A stretch of 64,000 nt of DNA from Octopus sinensis (Eukaryota): positions 39,866,001 to 39,930,000 of the forward strand of contig NC_043013.1 in the NCBI RefSeq assembly GCF_006345805.1. Direction: 5' to 3'. Under the pieces are notes generated by a model. That model worked only from the letters and a program-made list of their open reading frames with translations. It did no database searches and was not told the origin of the DNA. Below, piece by piece: positions 42,038 through 55,376 of the stretch (positions are counted from its first letter, which is position 1; every line of letters starts with the position of its first letter). A program made the position numbers and the translations under genes.

Positions 42038-42529
42038 ATTATTGTCATCCTCATTTTTGCGTTAATATTGTCCATTTATTGTACAGTTTAATTACTGTCA
42101 CATACACACCATGCCTGACAGAAACATTCTAATCGCAGGTTCGAAATCTACGTTAAAAGTACTATAAAGGTCACTTTCTTTAGTTCATGGGACAGCAAAA
42201 TGTTAGAATTTTGTTGACCAGTATAATGATAATGGTTCCAAATTTTGGCATAACGACAATACACGTGGGTCGCATATATATATTTCCATGTACATACACA
42301 TATATATAGGTATAGGTATATATATATATTTATATGTATATATATATATATATGTGTGTGTGTGTATGTATGTATATATATATATATATATTATATATAT
42401 ATATACGCATACACACATATATATGTGTATATATGTATGTATATGTATGTATATATACATATATTTGTATAAAGACGTACATATACATGCTTCCATTAAC
42501 ACGTGTATGCATACATACACATGCTATCA

Positions 42530-42913
42530 TTTATCTTTTATTTGTTTCAGTCATTAGACTACGGCCATGCTGAGGCACCGCCTTGAAGAACTTCCATTTT
42601 TAAGTCCGGCACTTTCTCTATCAGATTCTTTTGGCGAACCGATAAATTACGGGGACGTAAACATACCAACACCAGTTGTCAAGCAGTTGTGGATGAAAAA
42701 CACAAAAGCACACTCACGCACACACAAACAGACATATACATATGCATATACCACGGGCTTCTTTCAGTTTTCGTCTAACAACTACACTCAAATGGCTTTG
42801 CTCGACCCGAGGTTATAGTAGAAGACATTTGCCCAATGTACCACGCAATGGGACTGAACCCGGAACCGTGTGGTTGGGAAGCAAACTTCTAGCCACGCAA
42901 CCACACCTGCGCC
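42530..42913 (-). mobile_element. SINE family A
   Basis: Head GGCGCAGGTGTGGTTGCGTGG; tail GGCGGTGCCTCAGCATGGCCGTAGTCTAATGACTGAAAC. Confidence 0.85.
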
Positions 42914-43523
42914 TACAACCATGCCTAAGTCTTACACAACTGGATCAATTTAGATTCGTAACCTACATATATTCTATTACATTGTTGTTGAGAAGATTTT
43001 TGCCGTTACTCCATTTTGTTTTAATCTTTGTTCATCGTTTTACATAAAATTTTTAGCTGTATTTTATATTATTGCCTATATTTTATTTTTCAGTGAATCC
43101 TCGATGAATGTGGAATGTTTGAACATCATAACGACGAGATCCATTGTCATTTAAACGCTTATGTAAGATCACTTACGGTCGGATCGATAACGCAATGTAC
43201 ATAAGACCTACTTGGTATAGTTTCACAAGAATTTGGTAACAAATGCTATCATTGTCTCACTCTACATGCATTCTAATTGGTTACTGGTATTTATGTTTGT
43301 TAATTCGTTTATGAAGATCACATTTAAGTTGACTTGCATCGATTTCTCTGGTTGTTCAATGCAAGGGATAAAAAAATATATTACAAACTATAGAAGCAAG
43401 AGAACATGTTTAATTTGTAGTTTGTTTTTTTTTTAGTTTTATTTTTCAAACCATTTTTCCATTAGATTTCCATGGAAACAAACAACTCCCCAGCACATCA
43501 CGTGATTTGGGTGTTTGTGCGTG

Positions 43524-43554
<31 letters not shown>

Positions 43555-44358
43555 CTGTCCATAGACAAAATTCCGTGCGGCACTGAATTTTGTCAGTGGA
43601 CAGGTCACGGTCTCAAAGAGGCGAAAATATGTTGACAAATAAAATTTAAATGTTGAAGTGGATCTAACGGATTTTTTTTTTGTGTATGTGTGTGTGTGTT
43701 TCTAAATGGCTTATAAACATCTTCCACGCTGAAATTATATATCCGTTTATTCACCGAATCCCTCCAGCTTATATTGGTTCTCAACTCAATTCATTCATTT
43801 CGAGTTATTGTTACCTATCTTTTTATTTTATTTTAGTGTGTTGTTACATCTTAATGTAAATGATTTTGAGATTGTGCTATAAATGATTAAGCTCAATTAT
43901 ACCATGTCATTTATAATTAGTTATAATAATTTGGGAACAGTATAGCAAAAGATGAAGGAACAGAGATGGTGAAAATATAAAGGACGAAACACTTCGGGGG
44001 CTCGGAAAATTGATAGAAAAAATTCAAGAGACACAGAAATAATAAATTAAGGGACAAATGAGGTAAATAATTTATGATAAAATGTAACAAGGCAAAAGAC
44101 AATGGTATATAACAATAAATCAAAATGAATGCATTAGGCCGGGGGATTATGTGAATAAACGGATATATAAAAAATGTAAGTGAATAAATATACAAAAATT
44201 AATTAAATGATTAATTAATTAGCTAATTATATAATATAATGTGCAATGGGATGAAATAAAGTGAAATGAATTCAGATAAGTAAGAATTAAGAACGTGATT
44301 GATAAAATTCAAAGAATAAAATTTCATATGGGAGAAGATAAATAGAAATAAGTTGAGA

Positions 44359-44651
44359 CGAGGTCGACTTTGCCTTTCATCTTTTTGTGGTCGATTAAAT
44401 AAGTACCAGTTACGCACTGGGTTCGATATAATCGACTTAATCCGTTTGTCTGTCCTTGTCTGTCCCCTCTGTGTGTAGCCCATTGTGGGTAGTAAATAAA
44501 TAAAGGTTCTGTGTTCAAATTCCGCTGAGGTTGACTTTGCCTTTCATCCTTTCGTGGTCCATAAATTAAGTACCAGTTGCGTACTGGGGTCGATGTAATC
44601 GACTAGCCCCTTCCCCAAAAAAATTAGAGCCTTGTGCCTAGAGTAGAAACG
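44359..44651 (+). mobile_element. SINE family B dimer (tail X unit then tail Y unit)
   Basis: Two Nin cores in tandem; the first ends ...GTAGCCCATTGTGGGTAGTAAAT, the second ...CCTTGTGCCTAGAGTAGAAA. Confidence 0.85.
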
Positions 44652-45083
44652 AATGTACATAGCTATGTCTACAAATAAGTACTTTAAGGAAACACAGCTA
44701 AGTGCAGTGGGAGTCAAGGAACTGCAGAATTAATTTTTGCTTTTGTCACGAAACTGTATTTTATAATTTTATAACTGCGGCAATATGACACTCTCGTCGA
44801 ATGAGATGCTTTTCACAGACTCTCCATATTATGAGTATCTGGAATTGACTTCACAACATGTCTATATCACATTGATTAAGTTTCTTAGATGTTTTATTTT
44901 CAAGTACCTGTCGGGATGGAGTAGGAAATGCTTGAAGATTCTGTTTAAACCAGACACAAATAATTGCTTCGTATCTCGCCTCGGCACCATTCTCTCGACA
45001 CCGCCCCACACCAAAACGAATCTCGTTCCTGTCAACAAGCTTGGCGTTGTGTCTGTCTATCTTAGCTAGGTATTGGTTGAGGA

Positions 45084-45138
45084 ATCATCATCATCATCAT
45101 CACATCATCATCATCATCATCATCATCATTATCATCAC

Positions 45139-45182
<44 letters not shown>

Positions 45183-45303
45183 ACACCATCATCATCACTA
45201 CCACCAACGTCATCAATATGATCATCAAAACCATCATCGTCAACACCATCATCATCACTACCACCAATGTCATCATTATGATCATCAAAATCATCATCAT
45301 CAT

Positions 45304-45352
<49 letters not shown>

Positions 45353-45480
45353 ACACCATCATCATCACTACCACCAACGTCATCAATATGATCATCAAAA
45401 CCATCATCGTCAACACCATCATCACTACCACCAATGTCATCATTATGATCATCAAAATCATCATCATCATAATCATCATC
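45084..45480 (+). repeat. (CAT)n-derived higher-order repeat: 60-bp units inside a ~170-bp duplication
   Basis: CAACACCATCATCATCACTACCACCAAYGTCATCAWTATGATCATCAAAA at 45181, 45241, 45351 and 45411. Confidence 0.9.
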
Positions 45481-46072
45481 AACAACAAGAACAAAATCAT
45501 CAGCTACAGCACCACCAGCAGCAGCAGTGACACCACACCATCATCGCTGGCACCACAACCGCCACCATCATCATAATCACCAACAACAACTATTACAGCA
45601 ACTGTAGCAGCACCAGCAGCACCAACAGCAATAGCCCCACCGCCATTACCACCAACAGCACCACCAATGTTTTCACTATCATCTACTGTAGTAATACTCC
45701 TGTGCTTTTTCTCCATCACATCATAAGAATGAAAAAGGAAGGTAGAGTAATATGCTCTTATTAAAGCTGCAAAACGTTATTCATCACAACGACGAACGGG
45801 GTCGTGAAACTCAGAGTAACAGTTTTGTGAAACTTTTACAGCTTTAATAAAAGTACACACACATATATGTGTGTGCATGTGTGTGTGTGTGTATCAGTTG
45901 GTGTTAATAAACTCCGTAGCCTCTAGCATGTATTTGTTTTGCATTGTACTGATAAATAGTCGTATTTCAGTATCCAGTCAGTAGATTAACTGATGCTTAA
46001 TGACATCAAGTACACTGCAACTCCAATTCCTGTAACAATATTAATTGCATATGTCCACTGTGATGAAATACT

Positions 46073-46284
46073 GGTTTCAAATATTGGTACAAGGCTAACA
46101 AATTTAGGGGAGAAGTTAAGTCGATTGCAGTGACCCCAGTGATCAACAAGTACTTATTTTATCGACCCCGAAAGAATGAAAGGTAAAGTCGACCTCGGCG
46201 AAATTTGAACTTAGAACGTAAAGACGGACGAAAGGCCGCTAAGCATTTTGCCAGCGTGCTAGCGATTCTGCCGGCTCACCGCCT
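46073..46284 (-). mobile_element. SINE family B (tail Y)
   Basis: GGCGGTGAGCCGGCAGAATCGCTAGCACG head, Nin core, GCCTTGTACCAATATTTGAAACC tail. Confidence 0.85.
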
Positions 46285-46289
46285 TTTCC

Positions 46290-46900
46290 ATTTTGTTCAT
46301 TGTAGCTCAGACTTTAGTAATTCTAATGTCAATGTCCGTTTTTGATGAACTGACCCAGCTTCTCAAATATAGAAAATAATCAACTCAGTTTACCATTCTA
46401 CCATCCACGGTGACAAAATTTTCATCTTCTTGGTTTAGTGGCGACATTTACTCGTTGTCTTGCTCACATTTATGTGTAAATCAATTTTCCTGACGGAGAA
46501 TTCGACTTTATGAATTTGTTCTTGAGCTTGACCAATGGTGTTTGATAAAAGAGTTATATCACCAAAAAAATCTGTATCACATATAACAGTTGGTGGGCTT
46601 CGCTATCTTCTCCTTTGTATCAATGTAAAGCCGAGATTTTGTTCATTAACAATGACTTCCCTCATGGCATAGTCCAGAGCGATTATGAAAAGATATGGAG
46701 CTGACGTGTCATCTTGAAGGAGACCCGCTAGGATTTCAAATATTATTCAATACATGTTACAAATGTTTCAATAGCGCAGCAATTTATTTGCGATTAATAT
46801 AATACAGCAGTATTGTATATGTTAAATTGTCCACCTTTTCAGCAAGCATCTTTGAATCATCGGAAGGCAAAAATCAGACTACAGAGAAAATTCGATCTCT
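46290..46900 (-). mobile_element. Decayed RTE-group LINE RT fragment
   Basis: LAGLLQDDTSAPYLFIIALDYAMREV (cf. GVLQGDTLAPYLFII) and FFGDITLLSNTIGQAQEQIHKVE..HINVSKT (cf. FADD region). Confidence 0.75.
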
Positions 46901-47778
46901 GGAAATTTCTGAACTACATTCTTGATCACTTCAGCCGTAGGAGGTAGTTAAATTAGGAACTTAGCTAATCAGCTAGTAGCACCATATTAGCTTCAATTCA
47001 TTCTAAAATAATGGGAGTGGTCAACCGCTAATTGGTATCAGAACGTCGTCATTGAACAGCTGAGGTTTTTAGACAAGTGATATATGAACCACTTGACAGA
47101 AGCTGACATACCTCTGCCAAAGAAATCTTTTTCTTGCCAATTGATCATTAAATAATATAATAACAATAGAAGAGAGAAAAGGAATGGCGATAATAAAAAT
47201 TACAAAAAGCAAAAGCTAGAGGGTAAAGCCATTTCCATTGCTATAATACGAATTAAAAAAAAAAACATAAAATGTATAAGAGTATAAATAATAATTGCTA
47301 TTATATTATTAATAAACCATTCTGCTGTAGTCACAAAACCTGAAATTTGGAGAAAGGAGCTTGTGAATGATTTAGACCCCAGGGCTTAGTTAGAGTCTAT
47401 TTGAAAGGATGAACCCTGCTGTACTGTTTCACCACAACTTTTTCTCACTCTTTCTTCCTGTTTCTGTTGTACGTGTATTTCAAAGGGGGCCAGCTTTGTC
47501 ACATTCTGTGTCACGCCGAATCTCTCCGAGAATTACGTTAAGGGTACACGTGTCTGTGGAGTGCTCAGCCACTTTCACGTTAAGTTTACGAGCAGGCTGT
47601 TCCGTTGATCGCATCAACTGGAACCCTCGTCGTCGTAACCGATGGAGTGCCATGATACACCATTGATACTCCTTTTCATTCGATGCTTATTCTCTGGCTT
47701 ACACACGCACGCACATTCGTATATACACACATTTTATATCTATATATTTGTGTATGTGTGCATATATGTACATATATG

Positions 47779-47838
<60 letters not shown>

Positions 47839-48062
47839 CGAGATCGTGGATTCGATTCCAGACTGGGCATTGTATTGTGTTCTTGAGCAAAGCACCTCGT
47901 TTCATTTCGTCATCTGATCATTTGGCACATGGTAATGTCGATTTGATGGAGGAGCTTATATGGACACAAACATTTAATCACTATAAGCAAATCATCTGTG
48001 TAGTTGTTCGGCAAGAAATTGCCGAACCCATACGTCGTCTAACAACGTGAGAGTCCATGATG

Positions 48063-48115
<53 letters not shown>

Positions 48116-48210
48116 GTGTGTGCGTGTATGCATGTATGTATTTATGTATGTATGTATGTATGTATGTATGTATGTATGTATGTATGTATGTATGTATGTA
48201 TTTATGTATA

Positions 48211-48421
48211 CGAGGAGGATACTGAAAAGTTCCTGGGCGTCGCGAAAGGCCTGGTTGGAGGCCCAACCTTCCGAGCTCTTTTACAGGGCTTAGAAAAACT
48301 GAAGGACCACTGCAATAAGTGTATGAATCTGAGGGTGGGGAAATGTTCAGTAAAATCATAATTAACTGATCCTCCTGTATTTCCTTTTAACCAAATCCAG
48401 GAACTTGTCAGCAACATCTCT
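48211..48421 (+). mobile_element. ~210-bp mariner-derived MITE, second copy
   Basis: TA|CGAGGAGGATACTGAAAAGTTCCTGG ... CCAGGAACTTGTCAGCAAC; LQGLEKLKDHCNKCMNLR. Confidence 0.85.
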
Positions 48422-48426
48422 TAAAA

Positions 48427-48497
<71 letters not shown>

Positions 48498-48669
48498 ATA
48501 TTAATTGTTATCGCCATATTAATATGATAGTCTTATAGATATAAGACTAAAGCTGTCGCTGATTAGCTCCATGAGGCCATCGCCTTACGCTAGCTATTTG
48601 ACACACAAACTGTGTCCATTATAACCTTCGAACAAGGGAGGTCAGCCGCTTCACACTGCCAGTCAGACA

Positions 48670-48712
48670 GCTACAGACGCGTTTCAGGGTATTTGCCCTT
48701 TGTCAATGTAGC
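48670..48712 (-). ncRNA. Minimal type I hammerhead ribozyme motif, U3:A8 variant
   Basis: GCUACA-UUGACAA-AGGG caaaua CCCU-GAAACGCGUC-UGUAGC: perfect 6-bp stem I, 4-bp stem II, palindromic ACGCGU, GUC site. Confidence 0.8.
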
Positions 48713-48915
48713 GTAGTCAGATCCAGCAGGTGTCGCCACTGATCGTCTCTGTTCGAAGGTTTTATTTACCTAGTTTCGGTGGAATACATCCACTTGTTTT
48801 CAATAATAGAAATATTAAAATTACTAAGTCTCTCTAAAAGAGATTGCGGCAGCGTTACTGGAAATTAATTGTTATCGCCATATTAATATGACAGTCTTAT
48901 AGATATAAGACTAAA

Positions 48916-48958
48916 GCTACAGTGACAAAGGGCAAATACCCTGAAACGCGTCTGTAGC
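48916..48958 (+). ncRNA. Second copy of the same hammerhead on the opposite strand (position 3 = G)
   Basis: GCUACA-GUGACAA-AGGG caaaua CCCU-GAAACGCGUC-UGUAGC. Confidence 0.65.
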
Positions 48959-49469
48959 TGTCTGACTGGCAGTGTGAAGCGGCCGACCTCCCTTGTTCGA
49001 AGGTTATAATGGACACAGTTTGTGTGTCAAATAGCTAGCGTAAGGCGATGGCCTCATGGAGCTAATCAGCGATAGCTTTAGTCTTATATCTATAAGACTG
49101 CCATATTAATATGGTGATAACAATTAATTTCCAGTAACGCTGCCGCAATCTCTTTTAGAGAGACTTAGTAATTTTAATATTTCTATTATATATATATATA
49201 TACATAGGTATATCATTAATTCATCTTCATTTAATTTATATGTATATGGGCGAGGCGCATGGCCTAGTGGTTAAAGAGATGGTGGTTTCAATTCTTGGTC
49301 TTGGAGATACATTTTATTCTTGAGCGAGCGAAGTACTTCTTCTCATCTCGTTCTGCGATCACGTCGATACCTGACTCGTGGCACGCCGTGCACCTGTTCA
49401 AGCAACGTCAAGCCTAATGTACAATCACATACATTTGACCACTGTAAATAAGTCACTTGTGCGGGTACT

Positions 49470-49875
49470 TTATCTTTTACTTGTTTCAGTCGTCTGACTG
49501 CGGCCATGCTGGGGCACCGCTTTGAAATGTTTTAGTCAAACAAATCGACCCCAGGATTTTTATTTTTTGTTTTTTTTTTTTAAGTCTGGCACTTATTCTA
49601 TCAGTAACGCTAAGTTACGGAGACAAAAACCCACCAGTATCGATTGACAAGCAGTGGTCGGAGGACAAATACAGACACAAAGACACACACACATACACAC
49701 ATATAGATACATACATATATATATGCGACGGGCTTCTTTCAGTTTCCGTCAACCAAATCCACTCACAAGGTTTTGGTTGGCCCGAGGCTAGTGAAGAAGT
49801 CACTTTCCCAAGGCGCCAAACGGTGGGACTGATCCCGGAACCATGTCCTTGGAAAGCAAGCTCCTTACCACACTG
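49470..49875 (-). mobile_element. SINE family A
   Basis: Collinear with 5436-5846. Confidence 0.8.
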
Positions 49876-50119
49876 ACATGCTAGAACCGTCTTTCTCAGA
49901 CTATGTGAGACTACCATTATTTGAACCTGAAATAATTACCTTTTTACAATAAACAAAGAAATGCATAAAACAACAATGACTAAATTGGAGCAGTGGGTAA
50001 ATCGTAGAATCTTTTAGGGTATACTTCTGTCTTTCTGTGGTTTGAGTTCAATTCATATTTCGTATCTCCATGATCCAGAAATTTAGTAAAATATAATTCT
50101 ATAATCCTTACTTCTATAC

Positions 50120-50289
50120 TCTCTTTTACTTGTTTCAGGCCTTTGACTGTGGCCATGCTGAAGCACCGCCTTTATTCGAGCAAATCGACTCCAGGTCTTA
50201 TTCTTCCTAAGCCTAGTACTTATTTTATCGGTCTTTTGCTGAACTGCTAAGTTACGGGGACGTAAAGACAAACACAAACACATAAACAA

Positions 50290-50351
<62 letters not shown>

Positions 50352-50533
50352 GAATATATACATATACGACGAGCTTTTTTCAGTTTCCGTCTACCAAATC
50401 CACTCACAAGGCTTTAGTCGGCCCGAGGCTATAGTAGAAGACACTCCTTGCCCAAGGTGCCACACAGTGGGATTGAACCCGGAACCATGTGGTTGGTAAG
50501 CAAGCTACTTACCACACAGCCACTCCTGCGCCT
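50120..50533 (-). mobile_element. SINE family A, adjacent to a SINE B (50535-50730, minus strand)
   Basis: Head GGCGCAGGAGTGGCTGTGTGG; tail GGCGGTGCTTCAGCATGGCCACAGTC. Confidence 0.85.
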
Positions 50534-51133
50534 AGTATAGGCACAAGGTCTGAATCTTTGCGAGATCGGAGGCTGGTGAATTATATCGATGTCAGTGCTC
50601 AACTGGTATTTATTTTATTGATCCCGAAATGATGGAAGTCAAAGATGAAATTTGAACTCAGAACGTAATGACAAGAAATGTCGCTAATCAATTTCTCCGG
50701 CGTGCTAACGATTCTGCAATTCGCCGCCTTAAAATTTAATAAGATATAATGATTGGTGATTTAGGTACAAGATGAAAAAATGACTTTGGGAGAGAAGTTG
50801 ATGCCATCACCTTCAGCATTTTTTTTTTTTATCGAACTCAGAAAGGACAGACAGCAAACTTGACCTCGACGGGATTTGAACTCTCAAAGAATCAGAAGAA
50901 ATACCCCCCAATGATTCTACCACTACACCACCTTGACTTTTGGAAGATATAATTCGAAGAGTTATAATAGAAACCCAGTGGATGAACTAATTTTTGTGAT
51001 GGGTGTAACGGTAGCGCAAATCGAGACCAGATATTTGACTAAGAATTAGTTTCAGGGCCTCGAAAGGACAAAAGATAAGATGAGTCCGACAGGATTCGAA
51101 CTATGAACATACGAGGGGTTGCGGAAAAAAAAA

Positions 51134-51182
<49 letters not shown>

Positions 51183-51448
51183 ACATACAACACACAAACA
51201 CATATTGCTTATGATATTATGGCGTTTTAATTTGGATGGCTGAGAGCGGAGAGTCACTCGTGTGTGATGATACAACGATCGTCTGTGTTGACAGTAGGTG
51301 CATTTTTTCGAATCCCATCTTTCCAACTTCTTTTTACGTTTAAGGGTTTATTTTAACTCTAAGCATTATGAGCTATCATTTATAGCTAGATTTGCATTTG
51401 GCATAATTGCATATCGAAAACAACACCGTAATATATATGTATTCATAC

Positions 51449-51502
<54 letters not shown>

Positions 51503-51520
51503 TATATATAATATTATATT

Positions 51521-51552
<32 letters not shown>

Positions 51553-51854
51553 AATGTGGGATTAGCAGAAGTTTCTTTCAGTCGAAATTCCAGTACCGCA
51601 TTTACATAAGAAATAATATTTGTTATTGCCGTATAGATATTTAATCCCAAGAGAATTCATTTTTCATTCACAATTTTTTTATTGTATTGCTATAACATTT
51701 CGTCTGTTAAAGTTTCTGAGGCAGAGATCTCCTCTCCCTATGTCTATAAGTCTATGAAACCCTTCATTTATTTATTTTAAGATAGATCGATAGATAGCTA
51801 GATACATACATACATACATACATACATACATACATACATACATACATACATACA

Positions 51855-51889
<35 letters not shown>

Positions 51890-52377
51890 GTATATACATA
51901 CGTGATAGCACATAGGAGCAAAACAAAATGGAAGCAATAGTGCTCGAGTAGCAAAGTTAGAGCAAAATTTAGCATTTCAGGAAACCCATCATCAGACCAA
52001 AGTTCATTTCTGCTGTTAATTTGTGAAGTTTTTCAACTTCAAAAAAGAAAAAAACTACACTATATTATATTATGCTTTATATACATACATGTGAATGTGC
52101 ATGTATATGTGAAAGTTCGTGACCTAGTGTGATTGGGTTGTCGCACAAATGATCGCTAGACCGTAGGTTCGATTCCCAAAGCCGACGGCACATTGTGTGT
52201 TCTGTGTTCTCGAGCAAAACACTTCCTTTCACGTTGCTCAAGTCCCCCTTTCGATCAGGAGGAAATGTCAGCCTGCTTGCTTAGTCAGCGAGGCGGCGTC
52301 ATCCGAAGGCTAAAACGATGCAAAGCGCATTGTGACCAAAGATGTGCAACAACATCCAATAGTCTGGTCGGTCACGT

Positions 52378-52435
<58 letters not shown>

Positions 52436-52622
52436 TATAATTATGGGTATAATTATTAGAGTTCAGCAAAAATGTGCTTCACCACATACCGAAATTTAGA
52501 AATAGCAGTTAAAACTAACTATCTCACTACCATAAGAACATCTCCCAGACAGCAATACTCAACAACCTACGCAGATAAAGAGAAAAAAATAACGAATGTA
52601 CCCGGCTTTAATTAACTGCATA

Positions 52623-52659
<37 letters not shown>

Positions 52660-53890
52660 CCTCTTTCTGCGTTTTTATTCTGATGTACAGAGCCATGAAA
52701 ACTATTATTTATATATTAATCACAATGGTGTAACAGATTCTCTGAACGACAATTTTAACTGTCATCTCTTATTCAGACACATTCGACCTCTGGCTTCCGG
52801 AATCAATCATGTGTGCTGTGTCGTGTTTCTGTTTTGATTTTTTGTTTGTTTTTTATTTAATTTTTTTTTTTTTGCATTGATTATTTTTGTGTTCTTTGTT
52901 GCAAATTGAACTCTAATTTGTAGTATCCTCACTTCACTCTTCCCCCGTTGGTGTTGATTGATTGTTTTTAATATATATTTTGTTATTTTTCGTGTCTCTG
53001 ATTTCTAACATCTGTTTAATCTCCATAAATATTCATTTATTCATATACTTGTCTATTAAATTCAACTATTCATCCATTCATATATTCAGTCATTCGTTCA
53101 TTCATATATTCTTCCATTCATATTATTTAATCATTCGTTTATTCATGTATTCAGTCGCTCGTTCAATTCATATTATTCATTCGCCAGCCATTCGTTATTA
53201 AAATTAATGAAGCGAAATAAAAGGAAAATGCTACAAAGTTCGAATTAACGCAGAAATCGAAGATCGATTTCACTGTCTCACATAAACTACCTGTTGTAAC
53301 TCCCTCACACACAGACACACACCACACACACGTACAAACCACAATCTCGTAACAGAGTTCGGTATTGTGTCTTGACCCATTGCTCGTCCTTTGTATTACA
53401 TGTGACACATGGGACATATTTTCTTGACATCTATACATCATATCTGCTACGGATTCCTAATTTATTTCAACCAGCAGAATAACTTGGGACTCATGAAACG
53501 AGAGCTTTGTATTACTCAGGACGCATGAAACGGGGATTAACAAAAAGTCAAAAAGTTTGGACAAATTTATGGAAATGCTTTGGATAAAGGGTTAAAAACC
53601 AGTTATGTATATAAATATAACGGTTTCTCACCGAGGCACGAAGGGAAGACATGTGGTCTTGTAGTTTAGGTGTTGCACTCAAGGTCAAAAGATCGTTGGT
53701 TCGATTCCCAGACCGGTCCGGACCGAACTGAACAGTGCGTCGTGTTCTTAAGCAAAACACTTCATCGCTTCATTTTATGCTGGTCCAGTTCACTCGGCCG
53801 TAAATGAGTAACCCTGCACGGGACAAGCGTTCCGCTCAGGTCCAGTGTTAGGAATCGATCAACAAGCTTTGTGTCCTAATATCCAAGGGT

Positions 53891-53921
<31 letters not shown>

Positions 53922-54615
53922 AACGATGACGATGATGGTGGGAGCGGTTGTAGTGGTGGCGGTGGTAGTAGTGGAGATTGCTGAGGCAGTGACGGTGGTG
54001 GTGGTGGTGGAGATTGTTGAGGTAGTGGTGGTACTGGTGCTGGTCGTGGTTTTGGTGGTGGTGATTTGGTGGTGGTGGTGGTGGTGGTGGTGGTGGCGGT
54101 AAAAAGTCACAAGTTTTGGATAATGCATTTAGACAAAGAAATCGATCGCCTCTCGTTCTTCATTTTATCAAAAACCCCGGAAGGATGAAAATCGAGATTT
54201 ACCTCAGTGAGATTTGAACGGAAACATTGAAGGAATCGGGCTAGAACGTCAAAAACCGCAAGGCATTTTGTCGGATGCTCTACCGATTCAGCTACTTTAT
54301 CGCTCTAACACATATTAATATATTCAGCTGAGAACTACGACGATGATTACCCGAATGGCTGGATCTGTAGTTAGCAACATCTCTTAGTTCGATTCCTTCA
54401 AAGTTGATCCTTGCCTGTTTAGCCTTTCAAAACATTAAAACAACAACCAATCGGGTAGTTGAACCGATTACAGTCGCCCCGTGACATCCACTAAAATATG
54501 CATTTTTGTGCTGAAGTTATTAATCAACATATACCCATAACATTGTGTTGCTTTGTTTGGGTATTTAGTAATGCTTTTTGTGGGTTTGTTTTGATTTGCT
54601 ATTTTCACAGGCATA

Positions 54616-55012
54616 AGGTGGTGAGCTGGCAGAAACGTTAGCACGCAGGGCGAAATGCGTAGCCGTATTTCGTCTGCCGATACGTTCTGAGTTCAAATTC
54701 CGCCAAGGTCGACTTTGCCTTTCATCCTTTCGGGGTTGATAAATAACGTACCAGTTTCGCACTGGAGTCGATGTTATCGACTTAATCCGTTTGTCTGTCC
54801 TTGTTTGTCCCTTCTGTGTGTAGCCCCTAGTGGACAGTAAAGAAATAGGTATTTCGTCTGTCTTTGCGTTCTGAGATCAAATTCTGCCTAGGTCGACTTT
54901 GTATTTCATCGTTTCGGGGTCGATAAATTAAGTACCAGCTACGCACTGGGGTCGATCTAATCGACTGGCCACTGCCCCCAAAATTTCAGGCCTTGTGCCT
55001 AGAGTAGGAAAG
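54616..55012 (+). mobile_element. SINE family B dimer (full tail-X unit plus 5'-truncated tail-Y unit)
   Basis: Junction AAAGAAATA|GGTATTTCGTCTG at 54847/54848. Confidence 0.9.
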
Positions 55013-55376
55013 TATATTCATAGGCATGTCAGTAAAGTGGTTAGGGAATTCACTTTGGAGCCACGAGGTCATGGTTTCGATCCCAATGAGTATCATCTTA
55101 GGTGATGGCTTTTTTTTATAACTTCTTGTCTACCCAAGTCTTGTAAATGAAACTGGGGTAGACGGAAACTTAAAAACCTCTTTAACATATTGTCCACCTA
55201 TGTACTCCTAATTCAAAGGGCCATTCTTACCACCCACTGTTTTACGATGATTTTTGCCCTAGGATTACGTTAAGAGGACAAATGTCTGCAGAATACTCAG
55301 CTATCACCTTCTCTCCTCTTTCTCTTTGCACCAGCAGGTCGAAAGAGCAACTTCCAGGTGACTCACCCATTTACAC

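Larger units (their letters stand above)
48501..49188. mobile_element. Penelope/retrozyme-like non-autonomous element: 364-bp unit, partial direct repeat and inverted copy, in (TA)n
   Basis: 48501-48554 recurs at 48865-48918 (period 364). 48916-49188 is the near-perfect reverse complement of 48804-48864 plus 48501-48712. Confidence 0.85.

Noticed and set aside
45073-45576. 167-aa His-rich ORF
   Set aside because: Translation of a (CAT)n-derived repeat; no splice or domain evidence.
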